IMG/VR virus record: IMGVR_UViG_3300028837_001169
Span: 1-30,323 of that record
Origin: a virus
Taxonomy: Duplodnaviria > Caudoviricetes
Reading direction: 5' to 3' (one strand)
Length of the DNA: 30,323 nucleotides
The translations under genes and the position numbers were made by a program. Shown here piece after piece: positions 25,908 to 30,323 of this stretch. Position 1 is the first letter of the stretch; each line of letters begins with the position of its first letter. Under the pieces are notes generated by a model, which was not told where the DNA came from, did no database searches, and saw nothing but the letters and a program-made list of their open reading frames with translations.

Positions 25908-27101
25908 ATGTCTCTAAGAATACCAACGACACAGGAGCAAGTCGATCAAAATATAGCTAATCTTGAAAGTAGCCTAAATCAGGAAACTCCGGCCGTAGAT
26001 GTAGCGTATAACAAAGTCAATGCAGTTATGAATGCCCTTGCCTTTACTACATTGTACAAATTTGCAGTAGAAAGGGCCCTGCAGAATCTTGTGCTTACGG
26101 CTACCGGGGAGGACCTGGAAAAAATCGGTATCAATTATGGAGTTATAAGAAAACCGGCCGAAGCGGCAGTCATTGAAATTTCACTTCCCGCTACAAATGG
26201 AACAATTATACCTCTCACGGTAATATACACGGCAGATGCGAACGGATTACAGTATTATCCGGAAACACAAGCAACTGCATCCGGTGGATTCGCAGTACAT
26301 AATGTAAGATGTGAAGAGGTGGGAATTTCGGGGAATCTTATCATAGGTGATACATTACAAATAGACTCACAGATACCAGGTGCGCAAAGAATAGCAACTA
26401 TAACAGCGCTTGTGAATACAGGTGCTGAAAAAGAAGATCAAGAAGTATATCGTAGGCGTATTCTCAATGTAATAAGAACAAGCGGAGGAGGAGGCAATAC
26501 AGCAGATTACAGAAAATGGTCTGAACAAGTCGCAGGTGTTACCAGAGCTTATCCTTATTCGGGAAATCCTACCGATCTCGAAGAAAATGACGAATCCAGT
26601 GTACCTCCTGAAAGAACAATATATATACAGGCCGATAGTGATATCGATCCGGATGGAATTGCACCACAAAGTTTGCTTGATGAAGTAGAATCGGCTATTA
26701 TTACCAATTTGATTACTAGTATTTCGAATGAGCCTTTGGGGCTTACTAGCGAACATCTTTACGTACGATCTATCACAAGGACTTCAATTTTTATAAGAAT
26801 TATTAATCTTGATGTTGATTCTACCATAGAGGCTCAGGTGAAAGAAGATATCGAGGATGAACTTGAAAAGTACTTTTATAGGCTAAAACCATTTATTTCG
26901 GGATTAGATTTTGAAAATGATCGAAAGGATAGTATAACAAATGCGTCAGTTGCCTGTGCGGTACAAAAAGTAGTTGAGGCTTACGGAGGATCGGTCGAGG
27001 GAGTAGGATTTGGTCTTTTACCAGGTAGTTTCGTATCTGCTTACGTGTTGCTTCCGGGAGAACTTACAAAATTGGGTGGGGTAGATTATGTCACAACCTA
27101 A
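25908..27101 (+). CDS. baseplate J-like wedge protein (Mu gp47-like)
   Basis: TATGEDLE, GAEKE..YRRRI, GGNTADYRKWSEQVAGVTRAY. Confidence 0.9.
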   Translation: MSLRIPTTQEQVDQNIANLESSLNQETPAVDVAYNKVNAVMNALAFTTLYKFAVERALQNLVLTATGEDLEKIGINYGVIRKPAEAAVIEISLPATNGTIIPLTVIYTADANGLQYYPETQATASGGFAVHNVRCEEVGISGNLIIGDTLQIDSQIPGAQRIATITALVNTGAEKEDQEVYRRRILNVIRTSGGGGNTADYRKWSEQVAGVTRAYPYSGNPTDLEENDESSVPPERTIYIQADSDIDPDGIAPQSLLDEVESAIITNLITSISNEPLGLTSEHLYVRSITRTSIFIRIINLDVDSTIEAQVKEDIEDELEKYFYRLKPFISGLDFENDRKDSITNASVACAVQKVVEAYGGSVEGVGFGLLPGSFVSAYVLLPGELTKLGGVDYVTT

Positions 27102-27894
27102 TATTTCCCGCAGACTACTTAATGCACTATTACCGGATGGACCTCCATGGTATCCGAAAAAAAATGAAGATTTTGATAAATTCCTCAATGGCCTTTCTCT
27201 TAATATCGAAAATTTATTGTTGTACCTCGAGCAATTAAGTAATGTAAGAAATCCTTATAATATACCAATTGAATTACTTCCCGATCTTGAAAAAGAATAC
27301 GGAATAATTACAAAAAATAATATCTCAATTGAAACACGGCGGATGCAGCTCGCTGTAAAAATATATACCAATGGAGGCACTGGAAGTCCGGATGATCTAC
27401 AAAATGCTTTACGCGGTGCCGGATTTGATGTTTATGTTCATCCAAATGATCCGGCGATTGATCCGGCTATTTTGTTGGATCAAAATTTTCAAGTAACAAT
27501 TGGAGATCCGGTTTCTGCTTATATCGGAGATCCGAACGCTTATTTCGGAAAATTTGGCGGTTATCTTTTGGTTAATGGTTCCATATTTACCAGGCGGCCA
27601 AAATATTTAGGTATTGGAGATCCGGTTTTTGCTTATATCGGAGATCCGAATGCACAAATTGGTTATTTTTTAGGTTTAGAAATTAATGAAAAAACATATA
27701 ATATCCCCACAGATTCTGATACATGGCCTTTTATTTTTTTTGTAGGTGGACAGGCTGCGAGGGGAGGATCCGGGGAATTGATATCGATAGAGAATGCAGA
27801 AATTCCGGCTGAAAGACAATCTGAATTTGAAAATATAATATTACGGATTAAGCCTGTCTTTACGTGGGCTGGGATAATAGTAACGTATGTTTAA
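27088..27894 (+). CDS. baseplate wedge protein (DUF2313/Mu gp48-like)
   Basis: LNALLPDGPPW, ELLPDLEKEYG, RIKPVFT. Confidence 0.78.
   Translation: MSQPNISRRLLNALLPDGPPWYPKKNEDFDKFLNGLSLNIENLLLYLEQLSNVRNPYNIPIELLPDLEKEYGIITKNNISIETRRMQLAVKIYTNGGTGSPDDLQNALRGAGFDVYVHPNDPAIDPAILLDQNFQVTIGDPVSAYIGDPNAYFGKFGGYLLVNGSIFTRRPKYLGIGDPVFAYIGDPNAQIGYFLGLEINEKTYNIPTDSDTWPFIFFVGGQAARGGSGELISIENAEIPAERQSEFENIILRIKPVFTWAGIIVTYV
27499..27653 (+). repeat. 41-bp intragenic direct repeat (IGDPVxAYIGDPNA)
   Basis: 27499-27539 vs 27613-27653, 2 mismatches. Confidence 0.85.
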
Positions 27895-27906
27895 GGAGGA
27901 AAATTA

Positions 27907-28683
27907 ATGATAAATTATCAGACTACATTTACATATACAGATGGAGTTCCTTTTCCCAACACAAAAACGATTAATGCATCCGGAGCAGGAACGGCGGATG
28001 GAACGGAACTGGTTAAGGCATTTGGAGATAATATATGGGGACCTGCTCAAGCTTTGCTCCATGCGGCCGGACTTACTCCTGATAGCGTAACCGAAGCGCC
28101 AGGTACTTCACAGATACTTGATGCAATTAGAAAAATATCAGGATCCCCGGGGGAGGGAGTAATTTGGTGGAAGAGTGTTGATCCTTCTGTATCCGGAGAT
28201 CGTGTTTTGCTGCTTAATGGACAAGGCATACTTCGTGCAAATTATCCGGAACTTGATGCTGCTGTATATGTGGGTGATCCGGATAATCCAACGGCATCGG
28301 CTTTTTATCATGCAAATGATGCGGCCGGAACTTCAAGAAACACGGCCGGAATATATTTAATTTTGCCGGATACCAGGGGTTATGTGTTAAGAGGTCTTGA
28401 TCTTGCCTCAAGTGTGGATCCGGATGGAGCCAGTAGGGATATAGGGAGTATCCAAGATTTTGCACTTGAAAATATTATCGGGACTATGACGCTAAAAAAT
28501 CAGGCAAATGCCGCGGCACCTACCGGAGTTTTTGCACAGACTCCTGGTGCTTCTTTTCCCGGTCTTTCTATAACACTTGGAGCATTATCTGAAATTATGA
28601 CTTTTGATGCATCAACCGTGGTTAATACAGCCACAGAAACCCGCATGATTAATATTGCCACAAAATTTGGTATAAGATATTAA
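27907..28683 (+). CDS. short tail fibre with collar domain
   Basis: LNGQGILRANYPEL, LPDTRGYVLRGLD, GSIQD, ETRMINIA. Confidence 0.82.
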   Translation: MINYQTTFTYTDGVPFPNTKTINASGAGTADGTELVKAFGDNIWGPAQALLHAAGLTPDSVTEAPGTSQILDAIRKISGSPGEGVIWWKSVDPSVSGDRVLLLNGQGILRANYPELDAAVYVGDPDNPTASAFYHANDAAGTSRNTAGIYLILPDTRGYVLRGLDLASSVDPDGASRDIGSIQDFALENIIGTMTLKNQANAAAPTGVFAQTPGASFPGLSITLGALSEIMTFDASTVVNTATETRMINIATKFGIRY

Positions 28684-28715
28684 TTTTTATAATACAAAAT
28701 TAATAAGGAGGAAAT

Positions 28716-29540
28716 ATGCAGACTGTAATTTTAAAAGAAATTTCAGGATATAAAATTATTCGTGGATTTAGTCGGCTTACGCCAGATCCGGTTGAAACAA
28801 AAAAAATAATAGAACAAAAGTTAAAAAAAAGTAAAATTGCAAAGCGTATCGAGTCATTATTAAGACAAATTCAAACGATTAATAAAGCAATAATTTCTAT
28901 TCATCCGGCTGCACCTCATTGTGAAAATGAAACACAAATACGACAGCTTTTCATATCCGAAGATAAAGCAAATCAGATAATTAAATATAAGGATGAAAGA
29001 GAGAAAGTATTAATCGAATTAAAAGAATTATACAAAGAGCAGGAAAAAGAAAAAGCCGAATTAAAGATTAAGCATACAGTATATTTTGAACCACCGCCTT
29101 ATGAAATTGCAAAAATAGATGAAGAAATACAGATACTCAAAGAGAAGTTTAAAAAACTTGATAAACATCAACTCCTGGATGTGCACGGAAATATAATCTG
29201 GAACTATACGGATACGACATGGTGGTTAAAAAAAGATAAGTGGGAATCTAAAAACTACAATCTCGGAGAAAAGAAAGATCCTTTCGCTAAAATCTGGAAA
29301 GACTTAACAGATTCCGAACGACTGGAAATAGAAAATCAGATTGAACAGGACAGAATTGATGCCCTAAGTCCTGAAGAAAAGAAAAAAGAAAAGCAAAAGG
29401 TTATTGATAAGATTTCCATGACGGCAGTAAATAAAAAAGTAAGTTTTGAGATAGCGGGTGACACATCGAAAAAGGCATTTGCAAAATCAAAAAAATGGTA
29501 TCAAGAAAAAATAGAAGAGATAGAAAAAAAATACGGATAA
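28716..29540 (+). CDS. hypothetical protein (tail-fibre associated?)
   Basis: Strong SD, last + strand gene of the module. Confidence 0.6.
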   Translation: MQTVILKEISGYKIIRGFSRLTPDPVETKKIIEQKLKKSKIAKRIESLLRQIQTINKAIISIHPAAPHCENETQIRQLFISEDKANQIIKYKDEREKVLIELKELYKEQEKEKAELKIKHTVYFEPPPYEIAKIDEEIQILKEKFKKLDKHQLLDVHGNIIWNYTDTTWWLKKDKWESKNYNLGEKKDPFAKIWKDLTDSERLEIENQIEQDRIDALSPEEKKKEKQKVIDKISMTAVNKKVSFEIAGDTSKKAFAKSKKWYQEKIEEIEKKYG

Positions 29541-29600
29541 CCGGAATCCCTTCCGGTAGTCCTCCTTGGTCCGGGGGTTGAATAATCAATCCCCGGTTTT
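29540..29600. terminator. terminator region between convergent units
   Basis: Hairpins 29540-29557 and 29571-29596, the latter followed by TTTT. Confidence 0.6.
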
Positions 29601-29828
29601 ATGTCTTTTCTTAATTATCCTTAATGTTTCATAACATCCTTTAGGGCAATATTTTGATTCAAAATTATTTGCATTATAGCAAAATGCCCATTTATTGCCA
29701 TATTGTGAAAACATTATTTTTCTTGCATCCCGTTCATCTTTTGCATTGATTTGAATATAATAATCTTTCATTTCTTCATTGGTTTCGGGATGTTTATGCA
29801 TTTGTCCAAATGTAAAATAATACGTCAT
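29586..29828 (-). CDS. hypothetical phage protein (YYFTFGQMH)
   Basis: SD AAGGAGG, ATGA coupling with the HTH gene. Confidence 0.7.
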   Translation of the reverse strand: MTYYFTFGQMHKHPETNEEMKDYYIQINAKDERDARKIMFSQYGNKWAFCYNANNFESKYCPKGCYETLRIIKKRHKTGD

Positions 29829-30043
29829 ACTTTGTCCTCCTTTAATTTGCCGAAATTTTGTATTTCAATTTCATGTTTGATTTTTTCTATAAGCATTTTC
29901 CGATAAGCGACCGGCGGTACACGCTTTCCTTGTTCCCATGCCTGATAGGTACTAAGGGAAAATCCTAAAAATTTTGACATAGATTCCTGGGTATATCCTA
30001 TCCTTTTCCGATAGCTTTTCAATTGATCGCTAAATGATTTCAT
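29825..30043 (-). CDS. XRE-family HTH regulator
   Basis: LKSYRKRIGYTQESMSKFLGFSLSTYQAWEQGKRVP. Confidence 0.88.
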   Translation of the reverse strand: MKSFSDQLKSYRKRIGYTQESMSKFLGFSLSTYQAWEQGKRVPPVAYRKMLIEKIKHEIEIQNFGKLKEDKV

Positions 30044-30144
30044 TCCCTTTCTCTCCTCTTACGTTTCTGCCCGCCGGCAATTTTACCCAGCAGCCCCATG
30101 GGGCGACCGGGTAAAATGAGGAGAGTTTACGTAATGCCCTCCTC
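30044..30144 (-). repeat. intergenic structured repeat, copy C (inverted)
   Basis: Minus strand reads GAGGAGGG-11nt-CTCTCCTC ATTTTACCCGG..GGGTAAAAT TGCCGGCGGGC, then SD and ATG. Confidence 0.88.
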
Positions 30145-30163
30145 GGGGGCCAAAAAGTGCGGT

Positions 30164-30323
30164 TTAGTTTAAATTTAACTCCTCACAAATCATATCAATC
30201 ATGTACTCAGCCTCTTCATACTGATACGAATCACAAAAAAGTACATACCATGTATTGTTTCTTCTCATGATTTTATCAATCGGTCTGATACAATCATTAT
30301 ACTTTTTAATCTGTTTTCTTTCT
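30164..30323 (-). CDS. 3' part of a paralog of cassette protein 2 (runs off the window)
   Basis: ERKQIKKYNDCIRPIDK..EEAEYMIDMICEELNLN*; stop at 30164-30166. Confidence 0.75.
   Translation of the reverse strand, partial: ERKQIKKYNDCIRPIDKIMRRNNTWYVLFCDSYQYEEAEYMIDMICEELNLN

Noticed and set aside
29558-29570. Minus-strand ACCAAGGAGG SD-like motif
   Set aside because: No start codon at a suitable distance

Overview
A 30.3-kb, AT-rich segment of a tailed dsDNA phage or prophage (myovirus type). It carries a lambda-like packaging and head module (TerS, GpA-family TerL, gpW, lambda-type portal, S49 protease/scaffold, decoration protein, E-type capsid) and a Mu-like contractile tail and baseplate. 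A lysis cassette sits, unusually, between the portal and the protease. The most striking element is a ~2.9-kb island (4585-7412) inserted between TerL and gpW. It has two consensus sigma-54 (-24/-12) promoters, three enhancer-like palindromes and a near-IHF site, and a ~210-nt structured leader containing a tRNA-like element. Downstream is an array of small genes with near-identical start junctions (GAGGAGGG..ATGAAGACATTA, 'MKTL'), separated by a conserved ~100-nt multi-hairpin element. A third copy of that element and a 120-nt exact copy of one cassette gene recur in inverted orientation at the right end of the window, so two related cassette arrays face each other across the morphogenesis module. 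All functional calls come from motif recognition and synteny; no database search was run.
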